Shown: one piece after another, positions 12,106-25,445 of the stretch
How the letters are laid out: each line of letters opens with the position of its first letter
Numbering within the stretch: the stretch's first letter is position 1
Source of the DNA: Prorocentrum cordatum
Lineage: Eukaryota
Reading direction: 5' to 3'
NCBI GenBank assembly: GCA_963575745.1
Contig: CAUYUJ010000114.1
Coordinates: 620,001 to 684,000, forward strand
DNA length: 64,000 nt
Made by a program: the position numbers and the translations under genes
The notes under the pieces: model-generated
What the model was told of the DNA's origin: nothing
The model's database searches: none
The model's input: the letters and a program-made list of their open reading frames with translations, nothing else

Positions 12106-12359
12106 TATCCTGGTCGAGTGTGCTCTGCTGGTCCCGCGTCTTGGTGTGAGCCCTCCCGTGTCGTGTGCCCTGCCGCTGCCGCAACTGAAGCGCCGTGTCT
12201 GCCACGAGTGCGTGTCCACACGTGCCGCGTCTGCCTATGATGCCGGAGGTGCGCACGACGCGGCCGGCCCGGCGACAGGCTGGAGAAGGACGTATGGCCG
12301 CCTGTCTCTCCAGCGCGCGGCCCCTCGCATGGCCAGGCGCGGTGATCCTCCACATTGAA

Positions 12360-12517
12360 GTCGGGCCTGTCCCTCTGCAGGGGGAATATTCAGAAATAGT
12401 CAAAAAATAGTCTGGGGGCTGTTTGTGGTGTATATTTTTTTTTGCAAGTTTTGGAGTATGTTTGGAGTCTGTTTCATTTTTTCGTCGAAGATCCCCCTGC
12501 AGGGGGACACGCCCGAC
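12360..12517. mobile_element. MITE family B (GTCGGG...CCCGAC, TTAA-like site), copy 1
   Basis: TIRs gtcgggcctgtccctctgcagggg / ccccctgcagggggacacgcccgac; four copies in the window. Confidence 0.85.
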
Positions 12518-12782
12518 TTAACTCTACATGTGTATCCAGCGCGCAGCCTCCGGGTGTTTCACATGCCAGCCCAGCAATGTGTATTTCCAGCTTCCTGGTA
12601 CGACAGTCTATTCCTCCAGCCGCTAAGCGACGGCTGGTTGCACCACAAGGGCTGGCCGAGTTGTTTTTTGTATCCGCAGGGATCCGCGTCAGACCGGGGG
12701 CGCACAAGCTGCCGCCGGGGGAAGTATGTCCCGTTCGCAGATTCCTCATCCTCTCCGAGTTCTCGCCCCCCCCCCGTCTTTT

Positions 12783-12977
12783 TCGGGCCGGACGAAAGGG
12801 GGGATTGGGAAAGGGGGGGGTACGAAATTTGCTGCTCGCAGCTGGTTTCGGCCTCACCGAGGGGCCCATTCCTCGATACATGGGCGCCTCTCGGCGCCGG
12901 GAGGCGCCGGGAAACTCAGCTACGTGAGCTGATTCTCAAACCCCCCCTTTGCTATCCCCCCCTTTCGCCCGACCCGA
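12783..12977. mobile_element. MITE family C (TCGGG...CCCGA), 5-bp TSD CTTTT
   Basis: TIRs present; CTTTT at 12778-12782 and 12978-12982; other copies at ~22649-22840 and 53907-54104. Confidence 0.85.
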
Positions 12978-14119
12978 CTTTTGTCATTAGATCTGGCTTA
13001 GCGTGCCTGTTCGCTTGTCCAGGTAGCCATCAGCACAGCAAGGGATCGCAAGGCAAGCCTCGACATGGCCTCGCACACCAGGCCTGGACGAGCGAATGGT
13101 CGCTACAGACCGCCTTGTAGGCGGAAGGCTCTGCCTTCTAATGGAAAGATGGGAGCGCAGCCAGATGGTTGCGACAGATTTTGACACCTGAAGGCGTTCG
13201 GCCACTGCCGCCGGCCCCCCTTGCTCCAGGCATCGAAGGACCCCTCGTCGCACTCCTCTTCGTCGTCGTCGACCTCCCGCTCTTTCAGTTCCTCCACCAC
13301 CTGGCCGCCCCAGGGCCCTTCCCTGTCCAGGAGGGCTTCGGGGGCTTGGGGGGAGACTTTCGAAAGGGGGAGCATGCCTGACCAGTTACATTCAGTCTTC
13401 TACAACACCGCAAATACATGGAAGCCCATGTAGCATGATCTCTCCAGCCTGGAGTCCCCACAAGGGGGCAGGCGCATATTCTGTGTCTCTTTCGGGGCCA
13501 ATGTTGCTTCGGGGCGACATGTTCGTGTGGCGTTTATTATCGTTTCATCCAAGTGTTTCACTTGGCGACGCCATGGCCACAGGGCCACGACTACATGTTT
13601 CAAGGGAATCATCATATTGTAACCGCTTCTGTCCCTGATAAGCGGTGCGACCACGGGGACTGCCTCGTGACGGCATCTGCTAGATTAGCGGGTTCAAATT
13701 TGATGCCTCTCTCTGTACAGTATTCGCCCCTTGGTGTTCAGCTACGGGGGTCGACGGCTAGCCAGGGAGCAACAAGTGTGACACAGTTTCGATTGACGTG
13801 TGACGTGTGACAGACATATTTTAGACGCTTCGCGTAACCCCACCAGGCATGAGGGATGTGGAGGAGCATGCAGTGGAATTCAAGGGCTGGGAAAGAGGCC
13901 GTGCCCCAAGAGGTACCCCAAGAGGGGGAGGATGAAGGAGGAAGAGGAGGAGGGGGAGAAGGAGGAGGAGGAGGAGGAGGTGGAGTTGGGGAATGGGGGG
14001 AGGGGGGGAGGAGGAGGAACAGGCGGATGAGGAAGAGGAGGAGGAGGAGGAGGAGAATGAGGCCGAGCAGAATGCACTGAGGCCTCTTGGATGTCCGAAC
14101 CTCTCCCGTATCGACAGTT

Positions 14120-14330
14120 TTGTGGGGTCCTCTTGGGCGTCTCGGGGGTCTCTTGGCGGTCCCAGGGGCCTCGTGGAGCGTCTGGGCCCTCTGGGGGTAT
14201 CGTGGGAGCCTCTTGGGGACCTCTTTCCTTCTTGGGGTCGTCTTGAGGCACCCTTTGGGGCCATCTTGGGGCCATCGTGGATAAGATCGATCAACAAAAG
14301 GGCTGGTAGTTAATTTGAGCCCCCCCCCAG
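14120..14330 (+). repeat. G/T-skewed (TTGGGG-CCTC)-type degenerate repeat; also ~24815-24985 and ~61940-62430
   Basis: Shared low-complexity units; the 14.3-kb and 62.3-kb copies share the atcgatcaa...ttaatt end. Confidence 0.7.
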
Positions 14331-15269
14331 GAGGCCAGCTTGTGCCCCAAACCTTGGTAAGATCAGTGATGCGTGCCTTCTCGACGAGGCCTTCTTGGAC
14401 GATCTAATGGGTCGCGGGGCGCCCCGTCCAGGTCCAGGGGACAGGGTAGGAAGAGTGGTCAGGGCCCCCTCAGAGATAGCAAGCCGTCTAGCTCACTCCT
14501 ACCCGCCCTCCCCACACATAAGTAACACCCGAGCCTCAGCATGTTCAGCGGCCGTCTTTGGTTGGGCAGCTACTGGGAACCAAAACCGACCTCATGCTTG
14601 CAACGCTGGGGCGAGGCGCGCCATGCGTGCCAGGCGCGCTGGTGCGCCAGACGCGCCACGTGCTCCACGTGCGCCATGTGTGCCGCATACTCCAGCCGGG
14701 CCAGGTGCGCCAGGTTCGGTGTATCAGGTGCGCCTGCGCACGCGACAGAGCACATTAGGAAACATGTCGGCCCCCACCATCCTTGTCGAAAACCCATGCC
14801 CGCCCACCATGGCGTCTGGTGGGCTTGCGCACAGCAGGCCATACGCTACAACCCCCGCCGTCCCTGCCAAAACCGCTTGACAGTGATCGCGGGGTGGCCG
14901 CGCATGATCCAGATTTGCCCGCGAGGTGCATTTTGTATTGTTCTTTGATCGTGGCGGTGGCCCTGCGCACAGCCGGCATTATGCTGACCCCCCCGACGTC
15001 CTTATCACAAAACCATACAAAGTTTTCGCGGGCCTCACGAACATGTATCAAGTTGTTTTGCCCCAAAGCGTACTTTGTAATGTTCTTTGACAGGGATGGT
15101 GGGGGTGGGGGGCGTATCGGGTTGGGTGCGCATGTTCCGAGTTTGGAGGCGGAGTGTGTATTGTATTGTTTTATGACAGGGATGTCTGGGGGGTGGGGAT
15201 CATAGGATCAGCATTGTTCCTGGTTGGCTGCCGGTCGCCTAGGGGATGGTGTGTATATCAATAAGGGAC

Positions 15270-15357
15270 AGTGATTCACCCCTCCCCAGAGGGGAAGAAG
15301 GGGGTTAAAAGAGGAAATCAGATAAACCACTCACGCCCTAAAGGGCTGGCGGGATTC
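15270..15357 (+). repeat. Dispersed repeat ending aaaccactcacgccc(t)aaagggctgg(c/t)gggatt (copy ~62600-62682)
   Basis: Two similar copies seen. Confidence 0.65.
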
Positions 15358-16428
15358 ACGTATTGTCTCACGCTTGCTCCATGATTGCATGTGTACAGCT
15401 AGGATGGGAGGAGCTGGTGGTACACGAGCTGCCGCCAGTTGGCTGTTCCTCCTCGTCCTCCGTGCCTTTCGCTGTCGCTCAGCCTGCTCCCTTGTCTTCT
15501 GGCAGCGTTTGGTTGCCGCAAGCTGCGTCTTTCGTGGGAATGACGTTCACAGGGGTCTCCCCTCAAAGCAAGAGACCCCTGAAAGTGCCCACGTGCATCA
15601 ATCATCCCTCCGTCTCGGCCCCCCCGTTTTCCTCTTCCCGTGCATGCTTAGTGAATCGCGCTGTTGCGACTCGAGTGTCTCATCCAGCTTGCGCCGCGCG
15701 CGTTCTGCCCTACGTGCTGTGTAGGCTGCACGCCGGGCCGCCTGCCCGAACGACAGATGCTCGCCGGGTCGCCTATCTCCATGAGTAGCCGATCCGCGGC
15801 CGTCGCACGGTCCAGATGGTGGAGCCCGCCCACAAAACATCCTCTGCTACAGTCAAGCAGTGGCGAGGCGTCCTGGCTGGCCTGTAGGCCCACCAGCGCA
15901 TGTGCTACGGACCTTTTGCGATTTGCAAGGAAAACTCTTGGAACCTTTTCTGGCCGACATGGTCTTGTTTTTAGCACATCGGGTTCACAGTGCCGTTCTT
16001 AATGCATGCTCCGCGTGCGGATCATGTATTAAGAATGCAGGGGTTTAGTATCAAAAGCAACGAGGAGTTCATGCAGACAGTTATTCATACATGAATCATG
16101 TATTAAAATCCAATGTTTTTTTAAAACATGCCAAATGTATATAAACATTGCCCTGCATGTTCTAAGAGCACTGCTCCTGTTCTTGGAGCATGCTGGGGGT
16201 TCTAAGAGCAGTCCGTGGTAGGCCTACAGGAATGCCGGGGCGGTCGGTCCCTGCTCGATCCAGGGGCTGCGGGGAACAGGGCAGGGTCGAGCCCGGGCGA
16301 GTGTCGCCGCCCCCCTCTGCCACCCTCCCCGGGCCCCTTCTACCCCCCTCTTACCTCCTCCTCCTCCTCCTCCTCCTCCTCCTCCTCCTCCTCCTCCTCC
16401 TCCCCCTCCTCCTCCTCCTCCTCTCTGG

Positions 16429-16640
16429 ACGCCCGACATGGGTACGGAAAGAATTGTACGATGCCCAACAGCAGTTCCTGTTCATTTTGAACAGGATTCG
16501 CTGTCCACGCTGCCGCGGCCTGTGTCGGCCTGTGTCCATTCGACACAGAAGGCCGCCTGCCCAACAGCGGCCGCTGTTGGTTTGGGACAACATTTGTTGT
16601 TGGGCATTGTACCCATTCTTTCCGTACCTATTTCGGGTGT
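16429..16640. mobile_element. MITE with ~45-bp TIRs
   Basis: acgcccgacatgggtacggaaagaattgtacgatgcccaaca is mirrored by tgttgggcattgtacccattctttccgtacctatttcgggtgt. Confidence 0.75.
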
Positions 16641-17299
16641 TTAAATCCTCCCTCTCCTCCTCCTCCTCCTCCCTCCTGGGCTTCGTTGCCCCTCTCCCGA
16701 GTTCTCGCCCGCGGGTGATGCGACCTAGAGGGTCAGCCACGGCTAACGGAGTGGCGGGCTCCGCGCCAGTCTGACCCCCTCCCGTCGCGCTGTCAGTGGA
16801 GCGCGCTTTCGTGGGTCAACCGTGTCCGGGGCCCAGCACCCTGGCTTCAGCACCTTTTTTCCCGCTATCGAGCCTCCATCGTCTCCCGCCTCCCCCTACT
16901 CTTCTCCTCGTCTCTCCACACTTCCTCTCCCCTCTCCGTCCCTTTCTCCTTTCCTCCCCCTCCCCTGCTTCCATCGAGTGCCAGGCCAGCCTTCCCCCAC
17001 TGGTCGCCTCATCTGTCGGTGCTGGTTGCAGCCGTCGCGGAGGGAAGCCCCTCCCGGCTCAGCTTCGCAGAAGCGGCCCGTACTTGGGGTCCTCCTCTCG
17101 CACTGCCTCCTCATGTCTCACTCTCCTCTCCCTCCTTGTCGGTTGACTGCGCGCGTAGTGCTGAGGAACCACAACTACAACAGGGCCTCTAAACGGACGC
17201 CAAAGGGACAGCCAAACAGCGCCTCGAGCATTTTGTCTTGGCCACCACCATGGTTTTATATCCGACGAGGCCTTTTGGGTTCTCCCAATTGGCCTCTCG

Positions 17300-20200
17300 C
17301 GTGCACGACTGCCATGCGAGGACTCCGGTACTATTGTCAAGCTGATGTTCGCGACTTGTGCGAAAAAGGAGCTCATATCTGCGCATTCTGCACTCCGCGT
17401 GGTGATGTCCACGACATGTGACGCACAGGCGCACTGTCAGCATTTGGCGGGCCAGATTACGTCAGACAGGTCATGGCGCCAGCTCGATCATGTTATTTGA
17501 AGCGTCTGATGGAGATGGGCGCCTGCCCGCAAGAGGCAGTCGACCCGCCCCGCACCGCTCGCGGGAGACTCCTGGGGCAAGCCAACGTTGACCCTGCAGG
17601 ATGCGGCCGCCATTTGCGCATGCCATTCTGGCGGGGAGGCGGTGAGCGCCATTGTGTTAGCGAAGGACGATAAAGGAAAAGAATGCTCGATGCGTCTCGC
17701 CCATGTCCTGCCGAGCTGGTGCGCCGCATTCCTCGGGGGGGGGCGTTCTTGCCCTCGCTGTCGCGGTGCCAACGCGCCTGTAAAACAGACGAGCCATCGG
17801 CTGCTTGTCTGGGCGGGCTCTCAGGAGGGCTAGTGAGGCAGATCAGGGCCGCGCTTGGTGAGCTGCATTTCCCTGTGGCGGTCGCGGCGCGCCCTAGGGT
17901 TGAAGAACCGACTCGGTGGAAAGGTGGATGCGACTGGGGCATCTGGAAGGTCCCTGCAGATCCGTCTTAGCCGACGCACTCGCGATCTGTCATGGTGTCG
18001 CTCCACATTTGGAAACGGCACCGCGTGCTACTACGCGCCCCGCCTGCGCTTGCATTGCCGCGCTGTGCTGGGGGCGAGTAATATGGAGGGGTCGCCGGTC
18101 GAGCAGAGGACCTTGCTGGCCTCGCCTTGCGCAATTTCCAAGCCATCGCGGAGGGTCTGGGGCCGCTCTTTTTCCTCGCGGTAGACGTTGGCCAGCCGTG
18201 CTACGAAGCGAGTCGCCAACTCGCCATGGTATCCTCTCTCGCGAGCGATGAGCTTGCCATCATCTTGAAGGCAGGCGCCACGCGCAGTATCATGCGCAAG
18301 CTTACGCAGCAGGACGCGGCACTGGAGCGTGCCAGGGTCGCGTGGCACGCGCGCACGCTCGCGGCCATTCATTTCCATGGTGCGCGGTTCTACTGCGCAG
18401 ATGCAACCGCCATCGTATATTTCAAGTTAGGGTCGTTTCCAGCACAGCAGCTCGGGGACGCATAATAAGACAGCTGCAGATCTACAGGCATGGAAGTGCC
18501 CGCGGCCACGGATGCCAAGGTGCGCCGCAGTGCCGGGCGTCGATATCAGTTTTTTCGACGACAGATCGTTCGTCATAATCGGTAGGACATTCAAACAAGT
18601 GGATATTTCAGTTGAGGTCGTTCGCAGCGTCGTCGACGCGGTCGTTCGAGGGGATCTCCAGATGAGTTTCAAGAGGGGCAAGTCCGAGTGTTTGCGCAGG
18701 TCCCGTGAGAAAAGGGCCGAGGTGACCCGAGCCCTGGCTTGGATGAAGGCGGGAGGAGCCGTGCCAACTGTCGCCGAGGTCCTGAGCCCTCTGGACATCC
18801 AGGTGGCGAGACAATGTCCGCATCTCGGGGCCATCCTGGCCGAGAATGGTTCCGTGGGGCCAGAGGTCACGCGCTTTCATGGAGCTTGCGCAGATGACAC
18901 TCGCTGCGCAGGAGAGCATTCCGTTTAAAAGGCCAAGACGCGAAGTACCTCAGCATCAACGTGCACTTGCTCGATTCGCCGGCCACTTCGTCGCAATTGT
19001 TTAGCGTCGGCACATGGCATGGTGCAACTGCAGGTTAGACTTGCCTTGTGGCAGCCAGCATCTTGAGCCAGCATCTTGGGCAAGTTTCGGGCAGCTGCAG
19101 GTCTGCCCCAGTACGATGACGATGCGACTAAGGATATTACAATATTGGCCACTGTGCTCAGGCCGGGCATCCCTACCCATCTACGTTTTCACCGACTCAG
19201 GTTGTTCGGGCAACTCAGGCACTGCGGCTCGCATGCCTCGAACGGCCTTGTGCTTATGGCTTGCCACCCTTGCGTTCGCTCTTGGCTGGCTGATGTGCTC
19301 CGCGACTTGCGTTGGCCACGCGCTTTTACCACGGTGCTGCGCGACTATGCCGACCCAGCCGCAGACTTTTAGCGATTGGGAAGCTCTGACCCAGAGACAT
19401 TTGCGGTCTTGGCGCTCACGAGGCGCACTGCGCGCCCACGAAGCCGCAACATGCCGACTGTCAGCAGTTGCGCAGGCGGAACATGCCATGGGTTCAGCTG
19501 GTACGTCCTCCTAGAGGGGGGGCGGGGGTGGGGGGATGGGGGCGCGACCCATCGCCCGCCGCGACCACCCGCTCAGGCGTCAGGAGCGAGCAGCTGAACA
19601 CGCAGGGCGGGCTTGCCCGTGGCGCAGGCTCACGTTTCCTCGGCACCGAGCTGTGCAACAACGCGCGTTGCAGGCGCAAGTCCACTTGGCCAGGCAAGTC
19701 GAGCTGACCACGGGGGCTTCCAACGCGTGCCGAGCTTGCGCCAAAGGTCCAAGGATCTTCCGCAACGAAGGCAGTTTTGGGACCATCTTGCCCTCCATTC
19801 TGCAAAGCGTCGCCTTCCATATTTCAGACGCCTCACTGGCGATCCGCGCGAGTTTGCGCGCGCGTGGGCGCGGGGCGATGTTGCCGCGCAGCTTGCGCAG
19901 GGAAGGGCTGGCTTGGGTCGGTGGAGGTCGGCGCATCCTGCCGCCGGCCACGCCCCCGCCCGAGGGGCTCGCAGGGGGCCCCAACTGGGCCCCGTTGCCC
20001 CTCGCGCGGGACGAGAAGCTCGCGACGTGATCCAGGACGCGAGGCACGAGTCTGATGGTGAGGCACGCCAGGCGGCGCCCGCGCCGCAGCCTCCCCGCGG
20101 CGCCCCCCGCCGCCGCCCCCGGGGGGGGCCCGGTGGGCAGGCCCGGCAGGCTCTGCGCGTGCCGGCCGCAGGGCTGCACCGGCCCGGACGCGCGCGTTGC

Positions 20201-21200
20201 TCCGAGGCGCATCGAGAGACGGGATCTATCTACACACATATACAAATATAAGTATATACGTATATATATATATATATACTTATATATATATACATATATA
20301 TATATATGTGTTTCTGCTTATAAATACAAGTATATATATATATATCTACTTATACATATATACATATATATATGTATTGATGTGTGTATGCCCCCCTGCG
20401 TGCTAAGCCACTCGCATAGGCCTCTCCGGGGCGCCGTCTCCTAAAGACGTGGGGCGTCTTGTGCGCGCTTATCACGTGTAATTACAGTGCTGTGCGCGCG
20501 GCTCCTGGCCCTGGCCCTCTCGATTCCGAGGCTGCCAGAGACCGCTCCTGCGATGCTATCCGCAGGGCTGCACAGGCCCTGGTAGACCACTCCCGAGCGC
20601 CCTTTGAGTCTTAGTCGGACGCTCTGACCTCGATGTCCAAGGTACAAGTGCTATATACATATACATACATATCCTTACACACATATATATATATATATAT
20701 GCACACAGATTGCAGGTGTTTGGGGCAGACAGAAGAAGAGCAGGCAACGTCCAGTCCCGCAGTTCGGGCATGACAAGTTCGACGGCATGCCGACCCGTGG
20801 TCTTGTCAGTCGACATCGCCATAATTAGAGCACCTGAAGCGGGGCCTCACCAGACAGCAAACGATCGAAGAACGGGCAGCGCGCATGAGGGCCAAGCGCA
20901 TTCAGGACCGGGGGGGCGGGCACCGTGCGAAACGCGGGGTGCTGCCAGACAGCTGGAAGCCCCCACCTCGCGCACCAACGATGACGCATGGAGAGCTCCG
21001 TTGGCCAATGGGTGGGCGAGAACATGAGCAACTGGAAACGGGCAGCCTACTACTCCAATACATAGCCTAGGAGGTCTCACATTGGCAGGCACATGCGAGG
21101 GTGGACGTTTCAAAACGCCAAGCAATAAGACTTACCCCGGCAAGATGTACGCAACCGTCGCTCGAGGCATCACCGACGCACTCAGGGCAGTGCTCACAGA
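17300..21200 (+). pseudogene. Decayed non-LTR retrotransposon ORF2: RT, Zn-finger remnant and C-terminal C5-methyltransferase-like domain
   Basis: Motif remnants in the expected order across frames: EEPTRWKGG (~17900), FLAVDVGQPCY, QQLGDA, DISFFDD (~18545), MSFKRGKSEC, PHLGAIL, CRAC...DHL, RRRAGNVQ...VVLSVDIAI...GRAPCET (~20730-20935), FKT..KTYP. Confidence 0.65.
20228..20375. repeat. (TA)n microsatellite (also ~20650-20700)
   Basis: Read directly from the sequence. Confidence 0.95.
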
Positions 21201-21771
21201 CGAGGGGGACGAAATGGTAGATCCGGATGCGATCGGATCAGGCACGCGAGGCGTGCACGCGTGAAGCGACGAGATCTGGACGGCACCGGACTAGCGGGGA
21301 AGAGCTGCAGCAAGACATGAGTCCGAGGGGGCCCCAAGGTGAGTCGATGGGCAGGGCTTTTTCCTTCCCAGCCCCCCTCCATCCGTCGCCGCTGCTGTCG
21401 CAGCCTCTGGTGCCCCCGTCGACCGCCCCGCCCCCAGCCCCCCCACCCGCCACCGAGCCAGACGTCGCTGTGCACTCTAGGCGATGCTTAAGAAAACCCA
21501 AGTTTTCGGCCAGAGTCTCGATGATTCTTAATGTTTCAATGCAAATCATAAGTTTTGAATAGACATGCTGTTTTTTTTATTCAAGTTCTGAGACTATGAG
21601 TTTCTTAACCCATGATTTCTGAAGCATTTCGCAGGGTGCAGGCGCCGAGGTGGGGGCCGAAGAGGACGCGGAGGCCGAGGCCGCTGCCACCCGGGTCACC
21701 GGGCCGTCCGAGCCCGAGAATGCGTCGAGGTTGTCTTGTCCCTCCTGCCTCCTTTCCCATTCCCCCAGGGA

Positions 21772-21902
21772 CTTGGCATCGCTCGGACGTGTGCATTTTT
21801 CCTTCGGCGAGGGCCATCGAGGAGCATCCTCGATGATTTGGCGAAAAAACCACGCACGAAACCGAAACAAACACATGAAATGGACGTCCGAGCGATGGCC
21901 AG
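21772..21902. mobile_element. MITE family E (CTTGGC...GGCCAG), copy 1
   Basis: TIRs cttggcatcgctcggacgt / acgtccgagcgatggccag; the copies at 44245-44376 and 60747-60877 have perfect 4-bp TSDs. Confidence 0.85.
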
Positions 21903-22384
21903 GGGTTGATTGAGTCTAGCTGCAGAGCAGCTTGCAATAATGGAGGCCAACAGAATCGCAGCCAGAGGGCGTAGATACAGGCGCATATCGCCGTGGTGTG
22001 GTTCTCTCGAGTTCAAGTTTCGATCGCCTGCGTGTTTTTTTCCGATCATGGGGCAGCGTCGCTGTCCTCTGGGTTTCCAACTCGAGTCGTGATATGAGCA
22101 CGCATTGGCTGCAAGGCCATCGTTCACAGTCACCACCCTCCATCCTATCCTCCTCTCTCCTCCTCCCTGCCTCTCTGCCCCCCCCCCTTCCTCGTGCTCC
22201 TCCTCTCTCCCTCCCCTATCTGCTGCGCCCCTCCTGGTCCCTGGTCGCTATCCTCCTCGTCGTCCGCCTCGGTCCCCGCCTCCTCTCCTCCCGGGGCCCT
22301 CCCTCGCTCCACCCTGCCGGCGTCGGAGGAGTGTGCGGTGGAGAACCAAGGCTCCGCCCAGGTGTCACAGAATGAAAAGGTACC

Positions 22385-22545
22385 CATACCTCTACCCTTC
22401 CCTCGTTCTCCCCCTTTTGGGCCTCCTGGGAGGTCCTCGTCGCCACCGCTGGATTCACCTCGAAATCCTGGCCAGAACGCACCCCAGGGGAGGTCCTGGG
22501 AGTAGCGGTATCGGTACCGTTTGGTTTCCCCAAGATGGGGCCGCA
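22385..22545 (+). repeat. Dispersed repeat G (copies ~54125-54285; partial ~9300-9375 and ~51060-51135)
   Basis: Shared tacctctacccttc...tgggcctcct...cctcgaaat..tgg..agaacgcacccca.g.gaggtcc.gggagt. Confidence 0.7.
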
Positions 22546-22648
22546 ACCACTGCGCAGATGCCAACAACATCTCGGTACCAGGGGCCCTGGCGGCACGATC
22601 TCTCGCGGCGTGATGCCGACGAGCCCGAACGCAACATACGCGCGACGT

Positions 22649-22840
22649 TCGGGCCGAGCGAAAGGGGGGGGGGATAGGGAAGGGGGGGGGTACGAAATCT
22701 GCTGCATGCAGCTGGTTTCGGCTCCGCCGCCGGGCCCATTCCTCGCTACATGGGGGTCTCCGGCGCTGGGAAGCGCCAGGATAATCGGCTGCGTGAGCTG
22801 ATTCTCAGACCCCCCCCTTTGCTATCCCCCCCCCTTTCTC
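22649..22840. mobile_element. MITE family C, copy 2 (right end diverged)
   Basis: Similar to 12783-12977. Confidence 0.75.
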
Positions 22841-23166
22841 AAGCAGTGGCGAAGCGTCCTGGCTCGCCTATAGCCCTACCAAGCACTGTTCAAAGAACCT
22901 GTTGTGGTTTCCGCGAAATGTTCTTAGAACATTTCTGTCTGGGACTGTCTTGTCTTAACCTATCGGGTTTATGTTCTAAGAACAGTGTTTTTGTTATTTG
23001 AACATTTTTGTTTTGTGTTCTAACCACAATTCGTGGTAGGACTATAGGAATGCCGGGACGGTCGGTCCCTGCTCAACTTTCGCCCGGCCCGAGAGCCCGA
23101 GCGCAGCGCGATGTTGCTCCGCTCCCCGTCCGCTCTCTGCTTCCCCTCCCCCCATTCCCCCTCTTT

Positions 23167-23332
23167 TGATGGGCCCGTTTTCCACCACCACCACCACCAG
23201 AAGTTGGAGGGAGGAAGGAGGTGGAGGACGAGGAGGAGGAGGAGGAGGACGAGGAGGAGGAGGAGGAGGAGGAGGAGGAGGACCCCCCCCTCCAACTTAT
23301 GGTGGTGGTGGTGGTGGAAAACAGGCCCACCC
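23167..23332. mobile_element. MITE family F (TGATGG...CCATCA type, (CCA)n in TIRs, internal (GAG)n), 5-bp TSD TCTTT
   Basis: TIRs present; TCTTT at 23162-23166 and 23333-23337. Confidence 0.8.
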
Positions 23333-23344
23333 TCTTTGCCCGAG

Positions 23345-23428
23345 GCGCGCCGGCAGCTGGAGCTCATGCGCCAGCAGCGCCTCGAGGAGTTCATGGACGG
23401 CTTTTCGGTGATCTCCATGAAGCTCAAG
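23345..23428 (+). CDS. SMC4: Condensin subunit SMC4, internal exon (ARRQLELMRQQRLEEFMDGFSVISMKLK)
   Basis: Matches the conserved SMC4 segment RLxEFMxGFxxIxxKLKEMYQ; AG|G acceptor and GA donor; joins 34470 in frame. Confidence 0.9.
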
Positions 23429-23924
23429 GAGCGGGGAGCTCTCGCTCGCTCTCTCCCAAGCAGTTCAGTTCCCAATCTACACGCTCAAGTCTTCGGGAAC
23501 CTGGGGGGGACATCGACTAGTTGCGATCGACCCTCTGCTTTGCAAATCTCGATAAACGAGCACCGTGCGACCCGCTTGGGGTCGGCAGATGACCTACTGG
23601 GAGGTCGCTGCACGGGAGGCTGGCCAGGGCCCTGTTGTCAGACGTACCTACAAATATGTATGTTCATTGTGGGAAGTGTCCTGTTGGAGGACAACGGTTT
23701 GAGAGTCAATCTTGCCAAAAGCAGTTCTTGGGTTTTCCTGCGCGGATCAAGGTAGTTGCTGCGTCCTGAAAGTCGGACATCATGCACGAACGCCGTCCCT
23801 ATGACATTAACACCGCGATTCAACGTGATTGCTGCGTCTTGCCAATGTTGAAGCGTACCAGAACGCTAATTTCGGGACGTCAGCCACACCGAATCGTTGA
23901 AACAGGTGAATATGTTCAAGACGG

Positions 23925-24215
23925 GTGTTCGCGGCGCTACGGCGAGAGCCACATTTTGAAAAGGGGCCACCTTCCAGATTGAAACAAATCATGGAACCTG
24001 TTGAAACGAATGTGCGCGGCGTTGAGGCGATGACCGCGTTTTTTTTAGGAGCTGCCCTCAATCCGTGAAGCTGTTGCAAGACGTATGCCCGCGGCGCACA
24101 GGCGAGAACCACATTTTGACAAGGGCCCTCTCCCTATTAAGACGACTCTGCGCGGCGCTATTTACAAAGGAGGGAGCCATATTTTGAAAACCAACAACCC
24201 TTCATCCGTGAAGCT
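23925..24215 (+). repeat. Degenerate repeat with ggcgagagccacattttgaaaa motif (related copies ~29935-30190)
   Basis: Three motif copies here and about three at 30 kb. Confidence 0.55.
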
Positions 24216-24993
24216 GCTGAAAATTCCAAACTTCAGGGTCACCCGTGGGGCGAAACGCTAAGCCCGCCCTACCAACACGCTTGGGGGTTGGGGGTGCAAC
24301 GGGGAGGAGTTATTGATACGGAGAAGGGATACTGAAGGAGGAGAAGGAGGAGGAGGAGGAGGAAGAGGAGATACCGCTGCGGGGGGAGTGTCGCCCCAAC
24401 AGCTTTCCTCAGAAGGGGTGGAAGAGATGGAGGAGGGGGAGGAGGAGGAGGAGCAGGAGGAGGAGGAGCAGGAGGAGGAGGAGGAGGAGGAGGAGGTTAG
24501 AGCCGGCTCGGGGGCTGAGGTGGCCCATCAAGGTTTTGGCTATCAGAATGGGTGGGGGGACAGGGCCCCCCTCGTCGTCACGGCTGGACACTGCTCGAAC
24601 AACTGGTTCGGTTTCGTCCACAGGAGGGGTCTAGGGATCGATTTTGACAGAATTTGCTTCAATCGCCCCCTCTTAACATATTGTGATGGCCTTATGGCCG
24701 GCGCCGCCGACCCTGAAGGGGGACGTCTACGACGACGACGACGACGACGACGGCGGTGGTGGCAGCGGCGACGACGACGACGCTGACGTGGGCCCGAGTC
24801 CTCAGGGATGCTTCTTGGGGTCTCTGGGGAAGGCTCTCGGGGGCCTCTTCGGAGGAAGTTTGGGGGTCTCTTGGAAGCCTCTTGGGGGCCTCGTGGGTGC
24901 CTTTTCGGATGTCCTGGGGGCCTCTTGTGGGATACTTGGGGCCTCTTCGGAGCCTCTTGGGACCTGGGAGCTTTTCGGGGCCGAGGGCTCGAA

Positions 24994-25002
24994 CTACTAC
25001 TC

Positions 25003-25078
<76 letters not shown>

Positions 25079-25094
25079 GACTACTACGACTACG

Positions 25095-25135
<41 letters not shown>

Positions 25136-25136
25136 G

Positions 25137-25168
<32 letters not shown>

Positions 25169-25286
25169 GACTACTACTACTACTGCTACTACTACTACTA
25201 CTACTACTACTACGACGGCGACGACTACTACTACTACTACTACGACTACTACTACTACCTACCACTACTACTACTACTACTACTAT

Positions 25287-25323
<37 letters not shown>

Positions 25324-25346
25324 GCTACTACTACTACTACTACTAG

Positions 25347-25398
<52 letters not shown>

Positions 25399-25414
25399 AC
25401 TACTACTGCTACGG

Positions 25415-25445
<31 letters not shown>

